From NCBI RefSeq assembly GCF_009914755.1, contig NC_060939.1: a stretch of DNA of 64,000 nucleotides; one strand, 5' to 3'. The DNA comes from the human T2T-CHM13v2.0 reference genome, Homo sapiens. The notes beneath the pieces are model-generated. The model was not told the origin of the DNA, searched no databases, and saw only the letters and a list, made by a program, of their open reading frames with translations. This document shows, in pieces, positions 29,045 through 44,289 of this stretch (position 1 is its first letter; each line of letters begins with the position of its first letter). Made by a program: the position numbers and the translations under genes.

Positions 29045-30000
29045 AAGCCAAATACTAAGGCTTTCCATTTCTGTTTACTTGCTCCCAAATCTGCTACTAA
29101 TAATTTTCAATTGAAGCCAGTTGTTTTGGATAAAAATTCAATTAATCATCTCAAAAAAGAGAAATGGAATACATTAAGAAAGAAGTAGAATAGAAGATAT
29201 AAGAGTGCATCATACATAGTAAAGTTACATCATGTTTTATAAAAACTGTTTCACCCATGCGGTTACTGGGTCACAAGTGAAAATCCATTTCTTGCTATGA
29301 GTCATGGCCAAACACTTTGAAAATCATTGTAATAAAGACTTTCTAAAGACTTTCCAGCTTTATAATTCTATAATTATGACAAGAACTCCAAACCATTCAT
29401 TCAAAAAGGATGTATTAAGTACCTACTTTCACCACATTCCCCCAGAGGGCCAGACATATGGGATCATTGGCATGACCTTAGCATTGGGACTATAAAGCTA
29501 GAATAATTGGCCTTTTTTACACTGTGGACGTCTCAGGCATCTGATGAAACCAATGAATCCTGTCCCAGAACAATGGGGTTTTTTGGAAGAAAAAATTTTA
29601 ATTGCTGTTGCAAAAAAACATCAGTATGGAGTAGAAATTGGTTTCTATGGCATTATTAGAGAATATGTTCTAGAAAGTGGAGGTAACTGGATGTAAGATT
29701 CTGGCAGCAGTTTAATAGATAACAGTCCCAGATGTTTAGGTTGAGGCCAACGCCTAATTAGGGTGAACGGTTTGTGCGTGTGTAATTTTGGACAATATCT
29801 GGAGAAAGGTTACACTGTGCACAAACCAAATTTAATTTTTTTCACAAGTGTTGTAAAGTTTCTTATAATAAAAGGTTTTTGCTACATGCACTTCATTTTC
29901 ACATTAAGAGTGTTTAGAATACCTAGACACAAAAGAGAGCATTCATGCAAGATATGCTACTCCTTGATATAATAATGCATACAGTTCAAAATGTTTACCC

Positions 30001-30305
30001 TTTTTTTTTTTTTTTTTTGAGACAGAGTCTCGCTCTGTCGCCCAGGCTGGAGTGCAGTGACGCGATCCCGGCACACTGCAAGCTCCGCCTCCTGGGTTCA
30101 CGCCATTCTCCTGCCTCAGCCTCCTGAGTAGCTGGGACTGCAGGCCCCCGCGACCACGCCCGGCTAATTTTCTTTTGTGTTTTTTTTAGTAGAGACGGGG
30201 TTTCACTGTGTTAGCCAGGATGGTCTCGATCTCCTGACCTCGTGATCCACCTGCCTTGGCCTCCCGAAGTGCTGGGATTACAGGCGTGAGCCACCGCGCC
30301 CGGCC
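30001..30305 (-). mobile_element. AluY
   Basis: Diagnostic gcaagctccgcctcc, cacgccattctcc and gttagccaggatggtctcgatctcctgacctcgtgatcc; flanking tgtttac repeats. Confidence 0.95.
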
Positions 30306-30319
30306 ACTGTTTACACTAT

Positions 30320-31576
30320 TGTTGCAGTAGCTGCTGCCATCACCGGGCTGCGGCAGGGAGGCACAGCTGGGGCTGCATGCTGGTGGATGCCTCCCCCTTC
30401 TGAGTTGGGGAGAGCTCCCCAGGTGCTGCTGCAGCCGCCCAAACAGCAGTTGCAGATCCAGGCCTCCTGCTTTACGGAGCAGGCAGGGTCGCCACCCTCC
30501 TGGGCGGGGCTACAACTGCCCAAACAGCGGCTGTGGATCCGAGCCTCCCGGTGCTCTTGGAGGGGGCTGGGAGCAGGCAAGATCTGCCCTCCTAGGTGCA
30601 GGACCCAGAGGGTCTCTGCAGCCTGCACCCTCGTGGACCCCAGAAAGGACCCCACCGCACCCCGTCGCTAGGGGGTGTCTGTTCCTGCTGCCTGGCCTCT
30701 CTCTGCTGCCGCCCCTGCTCTGATCATGGAGCAGGGCTTGGGGCCAAGCCCCAGGGGCCATGAATGACAGTAGGAGGCAGATCGATTCCTGGGCAGAAGG
30801 GGGTAGGTCTCCAGTAAGGCCCCACCTTCAGGTCAGGGAGGGACTGAAGACTGGGGACCAGGCTGCCAGTCCCACAGACCTGAGTGGGAGCTTGTGGTGC
30901 CTCCTCCAGGCTCACCCATGGCCGCCCATGGGCCAGTCAGCACACACTTCCTCCCTTCTGAGGTCCATAAAAGCCCTGGGCTCAGCCAAACTGCAGGAGA
31001 GGATGGAGAGACAGCGGGAAGAGTAGCTGTAGAAAGGAGCTACCCTCTCTGCCAGAGCTGCAGAGACCTGCAGAGCCTTTCAAAGGACCTGCGGAGAGGA
31101 GGCCCCCCTCCTCCTGTAGAGACTTCCAAATGACCTGAGGAGAGGATCCCCCAGAACAGCCTCCTTCTCCAGGAGCACCCCCCGCCAGGATCCCCTAGAG
31201 CAGTCCCCCTCTCCAGGGTTGGGTCTTCTCTCTGCTGAGAGCAGCCCCCCTCTACAGGGTGAGGTCTTCTTTTTGCTGAGAGCAGCTCCCCTCTCCAGGG
31301 TTGGGTCTTCTTTCTGCTGAGAGCAGCAGGTGGCAGGATAACCAGTGGGCAGAGGGGGAGCTACCCTCTCCAGGCCTCCTGTCTGCTGAGAGCTGAACAC
31401 TCCATGGGATGACTTGCTCAGAGGAGCTACCCACTGCGGGTCTTCTCTGAGCTGCTTAACACTCAGTAAGTTCTTCGAGTACCTCATTATTCCTGGACAC
31501 AGGACAAGAACTCAGGCAAAGGCGCTCCCAGGAAGAAAATCAATACCTCCCACACCCGTCCAAAGATCCCGTAACA
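30320..31576 (+). mobile_element. MER52-family (ERV1) solo LTR
   Basis: TG...CA ends (tgttgcagtagctgctgccatcac...aaagatcccgtaaca), 4-bp TSD ctat/ctac, GC-rich body, and internal ~40-bp tandem repeats at 31198-31327. Confidence 0.8.
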
Positions 31577-31935
31577 CTACCATTACATCTGAGGCTTACT
31601 GCAACTACAAGGGGGTGGTGGAAAGCTTGGCCCTCAGTATCAACATCAAGAAAGCAGCTACCACCGTCTCTGCCTGTTCTCTTTTTGCATTTTTTTCTTT
31701 CATTTTTCTTAATCACCTCTGCTATTGCTGCTGCTTAGCAAAACTGGTAAAAACAAAATTGTAATCACTGATGCATCACCCAGATAATCCTCAAATTCCT
31801 GCCAGGGAATCCTCTCAGATTCTCTCCAGCGTGCTGTAAAAACCACCGAAGTCATTTGGGCCAGTGCTGGCAGCAGCCCTCCTGAGTCTGAGTTCCCACT
31901 CAAAGGTCATGAGATCACAGAACAGCCAGGTGGGG

Positions 31936-32610
<675 letters not shown>

Positions 32611-33599
32611 GAATGCCCATTGTAAAGCAAATCTGGAGAGACTTGCCATTGTATGTGACATTTAAACATCTGTAATTAGAGTTCTGGTCTTCCAGGTCAG
32701 GAGGAAATGAAAAGATTTTAGAATAAGATAGGTAAACATCCAGGCTAATGATGAAGTAGCTCCAAGATGTAAGGGCTGCCCTGAAAAGCTCTACAATTCA
32801 TAAAGAGGCCAAGGTTGGGAGGCCCCCTCTAAGGCTGCAGCCCCACAGGGACATAATTGTTCCCTGAGTCATTCACTGCCTTTCCAACTAGCCCTGCATA
32901 GAGCAGACCCACAGAGAGGCTCAAGCAGGAAGAATGATACTAGGCCACAGTGTCCCAGGACTTACCCCTATACTTCTCCTCTCCACTCAGTCACAGGTCC
33001 AAGCATTTCTGAATGAAGAAGAACCTCACAGATCTATCTCATACCTCTCTCCCTCTATACAACCCCACCATGGGATCATCCAGCCTCTGTTTGAATACCT
33101 CCAAGGACAGGGAGCTCACTACCTCCTTGGGAGGAAGAGCTGCCTCCGCCCCAGTTCCGGGAAGGCTTACTTGACTTCCCGGGAAAGACATGAATCAGCA
33201 GGTCTGGAGAGGGGTGCAGGCAAAAGTCCTGCTCTCTGCTCAGCACAGGGAGAAGGAGAGGGAGGTCCATGGGCCACATCTGCCCTGTGTAGAGCTCTCA
33301 AGGCTCTCCTCAGAACCCCAGCTGGCAGAGTCTGATGTCAGGGACCCCACCTGCCCTTTCTGATGTTTATCCCAGGTTTCCTCTCTGGACCCCACAGCTG
33401 ACACCCGACTCTCCTTCTTCCTAGTCCCCCTCTTCCCTCCCCTCCTGCGGGCCACAGTGTCTCATGTGGTGCCCCTCTCCTTCTACAGATGCCACCCTCA
33501 CTCTGCCCCACAAGCTTCCCCGCTTTCATCAAGCAGCACCTCCTTCTCTCCTCCATGCCCCACCAGACAGGCCCCAGGCGCTTTTTGTTTCCAGTTTTG

Positions 33600-33830
33600 G
33601 CACAAAGGGGTTAAACAACTTGGCCTCTAGAGCACAATGCCTGGGCTCAATCTTGGCTGCTCCACCCAAGGCTCTGGTAAATTATGTAACCCCACTGGGA
33701 TATCACTAAAATGGGGATAATACTAGAACTTTCCTTTTAGGGCTGATATGAGGATTAATAGAGTTAAAATATGTAAAATGCTTAGAACAGTGCCTGGCAC
33801 AAGGAAAACACTCAATAAATGCCAGCTAGG
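33600..33830 (+). mobile_element. MIR
   Basis: taaaatggggataatacta...tgaggattaa...tgcttagaacagtgcctggcaca...ctcaataaat. Confidence 0.75.
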
Positions 33831-34100
33831 ATTACTCTTACAATTGCCATTCTGGGACGTCTCAAACATACAGCCCACTGTTAGGGAAGGCCCTGAAAGC
33901 CCCCAGGTCTCTTTTCCTCACTAGCTTGCCAGATGGCTAAGGGTATTTACATCTCTGAAGTTTATAGCCAGGGCAACTTCCAGACTTCACCCAGCAATCA
34001 GCCACTCTGAGCATTTCCTCACAAGGAAACTTCTAGAAAGTTATGCCTCCTCTTTTCTAAAGCAGTGACCACATGTACCTATTATTAAAAATTTATTACT

Positions 34101-34400
34101 GGCTGGGCACGGTGGCTCATGCCTGTAATGCCAGCACTTTGGGAGGCCGAAGCAGGTGGATCACTTGAGCTCATAAGTCTGAGACTAGCCTGGGCAACAT
34201 GATGAAACCCCTCCCTGCAAAAATGTGAAAAAGGTTAGCTAGGTGTGGTGGCACATGCCTGTGGTCCCAGCCACTCAGCAGGCTAAGGTAGGAGGATCTA
34301 TTAAGCCCGGAGGCAGAGGCTGCAGTGAGCTGAGATGGTGCCACTGCACTCCAGCCTGGGTGACAGAGCAAGACCCTCTCTCACGAAAAAAATAAATTAA
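34101..34400 (+). mobile_element. Alu
   Basis: ggctgggcacggtggctcatgcctgtaat...gacagagcaagaccc. Confidence 0.93.
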
Positions 34401-36472
34401 TTAATTAAAAACAAAAAATTATCACCATGCATTCTCCTGTGTGTACATTATTTATAAATATATATGTATTTATACTACTATAATATTTATGTACATTATA
34501 AAACAAATATAAAAATAGAAGAGGGACAAGATAAAAATAAATATCAGAAGATCTAATATTTTCTTCCTATACTCCAGACGGTCTTGCTCACTGTCTGGGG
34601 TATACACATTCCACTTTGGAGACACTAATGTCTTCAAATTTTAATTTTGGTTTCAAACACTGGGAGAGCTGTGATGGTGGATGTATGGACTGGGCCACGC
34701 CCTGAGAAATAACTCTCGCTAGTGCTACGGAGGAGGGAGTCACCCTGTTTCACACAGAGAAGGAAACTGACCCTGAGAAAGGCGAAGTGGCTTCTGCAGG
34801 GTCATTCAGCCAGCAAGGCAGAGTAAGGATGGAAACCCATGCTGAATTGGGTGTAGCTGATTTTTTTGTTCATAATTCCACAGTATTAGGGAGGGAAAGC
34901 GGGGAAACAGGAGCTCACAGGAAAGAAAGGGGTATGGAGAGGGTGAGGGCAGGACAATTATGGGGCCAGAGGCGGGAGTCTGGATTCAAATCCAAACCCA
35001 CAAGGACACATCACTCCTTTCTTCAGCTGGTCCATGGATACTGAATCAGGGAACCTCTTGGAACTGGCTTCCTACCCTGCAATCAGGGTCCTTGACAGTC
35101 CCCAGTCGGGAACACAGACCACCACAGTGGAGCCACTAGCCAGGGGCTTTACCACGGCTGGCCAGAGGATGGCAGTCACTGCCTACGCATGCCCACTTGG
35201 CTGGCGCCGCTGATGGAGTAGCAAGTACCTGCCCTCCTGGGCTCCTCCAGACTCCGGAGGCAGTGAATTCCTGCTCTTGAATCATTATGGGACCCCTCGT
35301 AAAGGCATCTTAGACCTCAACTTCCGCATCTTGAAAACAAAATTGTTAACACCATGGTCTCAATCCCTAGTGGTTTTCAAAAGTGTGGTTCCCAGACCAC
35401 AGTTGTAGATTCTGGAAGTGAGATCCCCAAGGGAGTTACAGCAGAAGGAAGAAGCCAGGGAGAGAGCATCCTGCCCAGAAGCAGCTGAGGCCTCCCATCC
35501 TCTGCACATACCTGACTGAGGGGCTGCATCCTGCGAGCATGGCCTGGGGGACTAAGTTCTTTGCACCCAGCAACTGTTCAGGGTGGGGTTTCAATTCGCT
35601 TCACCAGCTGCTGACCAGCGGTTGGTGGTCACCTTCAGTACTTGGCTATTCTGCCAGGATCCACCAACTGGACCTTTTTGGGGCCAGGCTGGGGATACTC
35701 AAAGGAGTTAGATGAAATCCCTGCCCTCAAGGAGCTCACAATGACTCTTTCTCACCAGGACTCTAAGCCATCTTCAACCAAGATCGACTTTCCAGCGGAA
35801 AAGCCCTAGCTCCTCTGATTCTCCCTACATAAGAGGTGTAGGAATTATGTATCCCCATTTTATAGAAAAGTTGGCACAGGGAGAGCACGTGGTTAATCCA
35901 GAGCACCTGGTAAAGCTGTGGTGGAGTAGGGAGCAGAACTCAGACCCCTTGAGTCCTCATGCAGCCTGACTCTCTGCTCTGAGCAGGCTGTGGGCATGGC
36001 CCAGAGACCGGATGGGCCAATCCAGGGCCTGAGTCCCTCCGCTGTGCCCACATCCTTCAAAACTGGGCAGGAACCAGGAGTAGACTCACCCCACACTGGG
36101 GGACTGAGTCATACCTCTCGGGGACCCAAAGTGCAACCGAAGGGAATCAGGTCCTATGTGTGGAGAGGGGACAGGGACCGTGAAGCCCAGCTGTGTATGA
36201 AATTCTGCTGTAGTTGGGGATCATGCCATCACTTTCTGGACATCGTTGGCATTTACCTATTCACATAGGAGGCAGCAAAGTCAGGCCAAAAAAGATGGCT
36301 GCCAAGGCACTTGAGAGTGTAGGAGGGTGAGCCAAGGAGGCCAGGGTGGTGGGCCTGCCAGGAGGAGGCTGTAAGCCTCTGAAGGGTGGCAGGAATTGGG
36401 TATGGAAGCTGTGAGCTAGTGCCACTGTCTGCAATGAATGAGATAGAAGAGATTGGTAGGTGAGCATGATGA

Positions 36473-37224
<752 letters not shown>

Positions 37225-37284
37225 GGGGTCTGCCTGGATGGTGAGAGTCTCAAAGGGGCAGAAGGAGGAGAATCAGGGGTTCAT

Positions 37285-37638
<354 letters not shown>

Positions 37639-38597
37639 TGAGTGGTTCTGTTATGTTGCTGGGGGTGTCAGTCTCAATCCAGGTGTGCACACCTGCAGTG
37701 TCCCCTCCAGAGGCTGCCAGGAACCGCTGTCCTCTACAGAGAGCCAGCTGTGGTGACAGCAAGGTTGGAATAAGGGACCGTGAAAGAGCTGAAAATATAG
37801 GGATTTTTATTTACAAAGTTGGTGGTGGGGTTGGGGGGAGGTCAAAGGATTGAGAGCCAGGTGGGAAAGGCAGGACTGCAGGGAAGTGCTGACCCAGAGG
37901 GGCCTGCACTTGGGAGGCAAGGGGGCAAAAGGAGCTCTAGGAAGAGAACTCACCGCCGTGAGGTTTCCAAAAGAACCTGGAAATCCCTTCCTGCCACAGG
38001 TTAAGCCCAGGATCTCTTGCCAGGGTGAACAGGTGCTGGCCCCAAGCTGGTAAGCTTGGGAAAGTCCCAGGACTCCTGTATCGAATGCACTTCTGAAGGA
38101 CAAAGGGAATTCAAGAAGCCAAAGGTAGCTTTAGAACAGCCTCACCACAAAGCTCCTTCCACACACTGCCCTTAACTCAGAGAGAGAGCTGAGGTCCAGG
38201 CCCCCCATTAGATGTGAGTCTCCAGTGCATCCTGGTGCCAGAGCTGGCATATCCAGGTGAAAGCACTGCTTTTACTCCTTGACTGCCATTGCACTAAAAT
38301 TAATAGCAGAAGAATGAAAGCATGTGGAGACCTTGCTGTGCAGTTACGCCCAAAGTGCCCCTGGAGGCCGAGGGGCTTAGCAGCCAGAACACGGAACCTC
38401 ACATCAGGAGCCATTACTGTTATTGTCACTGTTGATATCATTCCTAGTTTTGATCATTAAGTGTGTGCCAGGCATGAAGCTGGCAAGTCACCCAGATGGC
38501 CTCAGGAACCATCTCTGGCTCTGAAAGGGAGACTCTCTAGCCTGCCTCTGCCTGAACCCTCTCTGGACCTCAGTTTCCCTAGCTGTCTGTCCCGTGA

Positions 38598-38920
<323 letters not shown>

Positions 38921-38989
38921 CCTTCCAGTTTTGACCTTCTGATCCACTTCAGCTGTTCTTGACCATGGTGTCCTTCCCACTGACTTGTC

Positions 38990-39504
38990 ACATTAGCTGT
39001 GAGCTGCCTGTGTCACACGCGATGAAGCTGACTACTGCATAGGACAGCTTATGTGCATCACGTCACATCTTCTCAGCCTCTTCTCTCTTAGTACAGCCAC
39101 TACCCTGGGGTCCGTTCTGCACAAGTTTCAACCAGCTCTGCCCAAGCGTGAGCTGACAGCACCTCCCCTCCCCCAGTCTCCACCTCTATCTTCCTGCCCT
39201 GGGAATCACTCCACATTCACCCAGAAGAATTGTTGCCTGTGGGACAGCCTTGACCAATGGGAGATTGAAGCTGATGAGTAAATATTTCCCCCTTTGGCCC
39301 CTGAGGGACAGTTCTGAGATGCTTGACACAGGCCCTTCAGCGCTGGTGGCCAACTCAGCAGTGCATCCTTGATCTGGCTTTTGCTTCTTCCTTTGTTCCG
39401 CCCCTGCCCCTCACTCCTGCTCTCTGGGATTGAATTCCTAAGACAGCTCCCTGCTTGGGGTCTTTGTCTCAGGCTCTGCTTTAGGGGGAATCCAGGCTAA
39501 GACA
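38990..39504 (+). mobile_element. ERVL LTR16/LTR33-like remnant
   Basis: Terminus tctcaggctctgctttagggggaatccaggctaagaca; internal ccttgaccaatggga. Confidence 0.5.
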
Positions 39505-41454
39505 GTTTCCAAGCACCCATGATTGCAAATAATCTACTGTTTTGATAAATTCGGCCAATTTTTTTTTTTTTTTGGTGTGCAAATAAAGTTCTCATTCCCT
39601 TGCCTTCAGAGATGATTTCTTGAGGGGTGAGAAGGGGTGTGGAATAGGGACACTCCAAAGAGCCTTTTGCAGCCGTCGGGAGAAGGCCAGGAACCAGGGG
39701 ACCTGTTGGAGGCTGGGAGGTCAGTGAGGGGCCTGTGCTGGGTGGGCTGGGGTGTCTGTGGGAACTCATCACATTGGTGTAGGGGGTAACTGCTATTGGG
39801 GGTGTCTTGTGCCTGAAGAACTGAGTTATTCTCTGAGCAAAGCTCTAGATGTAAAGAAACTGACCCAGATCCTCCACGGACTTCAATTCCAGGCTCCTGC
39901 CAAATCAGTGGGGAACGGGAAACCAAGTAATAGAGGCCCCTAGACTGCAGAATATCCGCTCTGAGCACTCAGTCAGGAGGACAGGGATCCTGCCGAGCTG
40001 AGGTCCTAGAGGAGAGGCAGTGTTTCGGGGGGATGAGGAGGTCATACTCCATGGAATGGCTAAAAAATAGCAGCATCCTTGGCCTGCAGAGACCGGGGAG
40101 GCAGAGGCGGGGTGGGTGCTGGGCCTGCTGGGCAGACCTCAGTCAGGCTATGCTGGTCCGAGGGAATGCATATAGTCTCTGACCTCGAACGGGGCCAGGC
40201 TCTAGGGACAGGCCACAGAGAAGCACCTGGACTCATAGGAAGAAGGGTCTTTCTCACAGGTTGAACCATGCCACAGGAGTAGGGGCTGCCTTGGAGGTAT
40301 AAGCCTCCAGTCCCAGGGGATGTACAAGCCACAGCTGGACAGCCAAATGCAGGGCAGGCAGAGTGGGCCCCAGCAGCACAGTGTGGTGCCCCAGCCACCC
40401 CTCAACACCAGCCTGCTCCTGTTGCTGAGCTGTGGTCGGGAGGACTGCAGAAGACTGAAGGAATCTTCGAACCAGGACAGCTCCAATGCTGGACTCCTTC
40501 ACCCTCCGATATCTACCCAACCCACAACAGGATCTCCGCCCTGTACCTCCCCACTCTCAGCAACCAGATCTTGGGGGCTTCTGCTGTGCACAACTCTAAG
40601 ATCCAGGCAGCATCCCATGGGCTTTTCAGGGCTGTGGGCTGGCGTGAGGCCCTCCTCTCTGGCCTCAATGCTCACACTCCTTATGATCTGCCTCCTCTCC
40701 CATCAAACAATGTCCCTCCTTTGTGAATCTCCAAATCCAGGTGGCCATCCAATGCCCTGGGAATCCTTCTCCGAGGCCCCAGCCCTCAGCCATCTCAGTC
40801 CGGGGTTCTTCACGGGCTCTTTCTATGCTCCTCCTGTCGGGTCCTGGAGTGGAGACGGACAAAGCCACTCTGAGAGGAAGGAGGGGGAGCCTCAGGATTA
40901 GATGCACTCGGGTGACAGACTAGCGGGGTCTCTAGATGCTGAAGGGAGGTGACCCAGCCCCATGACCTAGCTCCAGGACATGTAACTAGAAAGGGGCTCT
41001 GGGGAGCAGGGCAGAGCAGGCTGGGCTCCGGGCCCAGGGCTGTTGAAATTTCCATGACCACCAGATTAAGGCCACCTGGGTGAGGCTACTCCTACAGGAG
41101 GAGCCAAAGGGACCCAGTTGTGGGAGGGGCTGGAGGTAGAGATTCAGAAGGGGAATGGAGGGTCTTCAGCAAGACCTGCGGGGAGGTGGGCTGTTTCCCT
41201 CTGCGCTGTGCCTCTCTCCAGGGGCCAAGGGGCCTGGTGGCTAATGGGCCTCCCCACTCGGGACCCACTTTGACCTGCGCTTCCTGGCTGAACCTGGGCC
41301 TCTGGAATTCTCTGTCTGTTCTCTGGTCCCCTCTTATCCTTGTCCCTAAGCCAGGAGCATGCCCCGAGGTTGGGTTCTAACCTGGGCTCAGCCACTTGTA
41401 AGAAAAGTAACTTTAGCTATTGAAACTCTGTTTTCTTATCTGTATTTTTAAAAA

Positions 41455-41593
41455 TTTTAGTTTTTATTTATTTTGTAGAGACAGGGTCTCACTGTGTTGC
41501 CCAGGCTGGTCTTGGACTTCTGGCCTAAAGCGATCCTCCCACCTTGACTTTCCAAAGTGCTAGGGTTACAGGTGTGAGCCACGTGCCCAGCCT
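41455..41593 (-). mobile_element. FLAM / Alu monomer within a MIR
   Basis: tttgtagagacagggtctcactgtgttgcccaggctggtc. Confidence 0.85.
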
Positions 41594-41994
41594 CACCTGT
41601 AAAATGAAGACAATTTCTTCTTGGGTCTGTTACGAAGATTAATAAGACAAGGACTCAGCAGCACTTAGCGCAGTGCTTGGCTTACAGAGAGTGCTTGATA
41701 AACGGGAGCGAATAGTGATAGGATCATTGCTTCCTGTTTTGAGTCTTTCATTCTGCTGAAAGGTAAGGTCTCAGGGAAGGACATGGCTGACCTAAGATCC
41801 CCAAGAGGGCCAGGGCAGAGTGGGGATGTGAGCCTAGTCCCCAGATGCCCACTCCCATCCACAGCCTTCTGTGTCTCTAGTACTGTGCTCTGGCTTTCCG
41901 TGAGTGGCCAGCTATGGCTTCCTGGCTGCTGGCACTCCTTCCATCCTTTCTGCCACTCTTCCTGCTCTGTGTCTGCATTTTAAAGGGGGCTTTA

Positions 41995-42270
41995 GGCTGG
42001 CTCAGTGGCTCATGTCTGTAATCCCAGAACTTTGGGAGACTGAGGCAGAAGGATTGCTTGAGGTCAGGAGTTCAACACCAGCCTGGGCAACATAGCAAGA
42101 CCCTGTCTCTATAAAAAATAAGAAAATTAGCCAGGCATGGTGGTATGCACCTGTGGTCCCAGCTATTTGGGAGGCTGAGGCAGGAGTTTGAGGCTGCTGT
42201 GAGCCATGATTTTGCCACTGCTCTCCAGCCTGGGTGACAAGGCAAGATCCTGTTTCTAAAAAAATAAAAA
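41995..42270 (+). mobile_element. AluJ-like element with an internal deletion
   Basis: ggctggctcagtggctcatgtctgtaatcccag... Confidence 0.9.
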
Positions 42271-43610
42271 AGGAGGGGGGTCATCAGTGTTTTCACCAGG
42301 GCCAGGCTCAGGCTCTGTGGGAGAACAGGGGCTGAGGACTCTCCCCCTGACCCCTAGAAGCCCTGCCACGAGGGTGGGGAGGACCTACGACTAGGCAGTC
42401 AGAGCCCTCTGCAGCACTCAGGGGCTTGGCCACAAGAGGGAGGGAAAGGGCTTGGCAGAGTAGTCAGGAGACCTGGGTTCCAGCCTTACCTCCACCACCT
42501 ATGTGCTGTGTGCTTACAGCACATCACTGCTCTCTCTGGGACCCAATTTCCTTGATCACACATACATGCGACCCTCTGCAGTGGCCAGGGTCTCACTCAG
42601 CCCAGAAGGGTACTGAGCTCTGGCCAGACAGGGCACAATTCTTTCCTCTCAGAAAACGACAGCTTCTTGGGCCGGGCCTCTGGGGACAGGGGTTCCTGCT
42701 CTCTAGGAGCTGCCTGTAAAGGTCCCTTGTCAATTAATTTGGCAGCTCAGTGTTCAGGGGCAAGTGCTCTTTGAGAGGCCTAATGTATCCCCATCAGAAA
42801 TGACTTATGGGATTCTCCGTGGGGCTGTGATCATGCCCTGCCCCCCGCCATGCCCCCTCAAGGCTTGCTTTGTCATCCAGTCCCTGTGTTTGCATGTGTC
42901 ATTGCCCAGCCACCCCCTGGTCAGAGGGTGGCCACGGGAGACTCATTGGAGGCACATTATCGGACACTGGTTGTGAGGGATGATGGAGGGGCAGGCCCAT
43001 CTGCACACACATTAAGCCCTTTGTCTCTGGACTCAGTGGGAAGATGAATGAGGCCTGTCGCTAGGCCTCTGCTGCCTGGGGGACAAAAGGGGCCTGGAAC
43101 AGGCCTTGGGATGGGTGTTGGGTGGAAAGCAGCCTGTGCGCATCTCTTCAGACAGAACCAGATCTAACAGGCTTAACCAGAGACAGCTGAGAGGAGGCAG
43201 GCGGTCAGGAAGGAGTCCCAGAAAGCCCCGGGAGTCAGGCGGGGTTTCTGCTTGACGGAGCCCGGTGTTTCCCCTATAAAAGCTGATGCTTGGTCTTAGG
43301 GGCTGGGGCTCCATTTGCATTGTGTAAATACAGGCTGGCAGCGCTCTCAGATGAGCTGATTCAAACTCCTCACTCTACCGTGGGGAACCTCAGGCCTGAA
43401 AAAGCAAGGACTCACTCACCTAAGGTCGTTTCAGGAATCAGCAGCGGGGGCAGGACAAGAACCGATGTGATAAAATTCCATAGCCACCACCGCCCTATTT
43501 GGTGCAGATCCAACTAAACACACCCTCAATGACTCTGAGACAAGGTACAGTTTCCTGAGGGCAAGAGAAGGGCGAAACGGGACTTTTGCTCATTCCTGGA
43601 CTTTTAGGGG

Positions 43611-43663
43611 TTGACAGATTGGCTCTAAAGTTTATATGGATGAATAAATATACAAGGATAACC
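43611..43663 (+). repeat. 53-bp inverted copy of 44832-44884
   Basis: 51/53 identical to the reverse complement of 44832-44884. Confidence 0.95.
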
Positions 43664-44138
43664 GGGAGGCCTCTGGGTATAGGAGGCTTTGTTGCTTCAG
43701 AGGGTCAGGCAGGGCTGGCAGCACAACAGAGCTGTGAAGTGCAGGGCCAGCAATGGCAGGAGCTGTGCCGAGGTTGCCCCCGTGAGCCTCCTACAACGCA
43801 GGTGAACACATCACTCCGCAGCTCATCAACCTTTTGTGGCTCCCCATGGCCACAGGGCACAGTCCCAACTTCTCAGCCTGGCATCTGAGGCCCTCTGTGA
43901 TCTGCCTCTGCTTCTTCTCACACCCATCTCCAGAAGGCAGCCCAGTCTAAATGTCAGCACCCTGGGGAGCCCTCTTCTGGACACTCACAGCGTGCTGCTC
44001 CGAGCACTGCCATGCCAGGTGACTTCACTCTCCTGATTTTGAAGATCCCTGTTTCCATGCCTCTCCTTCGGTGAATCATATGTTCTGTGCCTGACCTGGA
44101 TCCCCAGTCCTGACACCCAGCCCAGCACGGGAGCTCAG

Positions 44139-44261
44139 TGAATGAATGAATGAATGAAATGAATGAATGAAATGAATGAATGAATGAAATGAATGAATGA
44201 ATGAATGAATGAAATGAATGAATGAATGAATGAATGAAATGAATGAATGAATGAAATGAAA
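44139..44261 (+). repeat. Compound (TGAA)n/(TGAAA) microsatellite at the 3' end of an L2 remnant
   Basis: About 29 units read directly; preceded by L2-like tccccagtcctgacacccagcccagcac...gctcagtgaat. Confidence 0.9.
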
Positions 44262-44289
44262 TAACTATGCACCCTGGACCTCTTCTCCC

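Larger units (their letters stand above)
29579..31935 (-). pseudogene. Putative 5'-truncated retrocopy (3' end of an unidentified mRNA), interrupted by AluY and MER52
   Basis: T-run at 29579-29584 with minus-strand ATTAAA (29597-29602) 12 nt upstream. Flanking direct repeats CAGAACAATG 29566-29575 and CAGAATAATG 31936-31945. The two flanks read as halves of one hAT element. Confidence 0.65.

Noticed and set aside
31769-31935. Possible twin-priming 5' inversion in the retrocopy (10-bp palindrome TGATGCATCA; near-open plus-strand frame)
   Set aside because: The minus-strand frames read equally well across the site. This cannot be decided without the parent mRNA.
35602-35627. Small hairpin caccagctgctg-ac-cagcggttggtg
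   Set aside because: Only 12 bp with two wobble pairs; expected by chance in 64 kb.
40320-40901. 193-aa ORF, plus the 207-aa ORF 47787-48410 and the 189-aa ORF 46769-47338
   Set aside because: GC-rich intergenic sequence with S/P/L-rich composition, no domain and no splice or promoter support; one runs into an Alu. Such ORFs are expected by chance.
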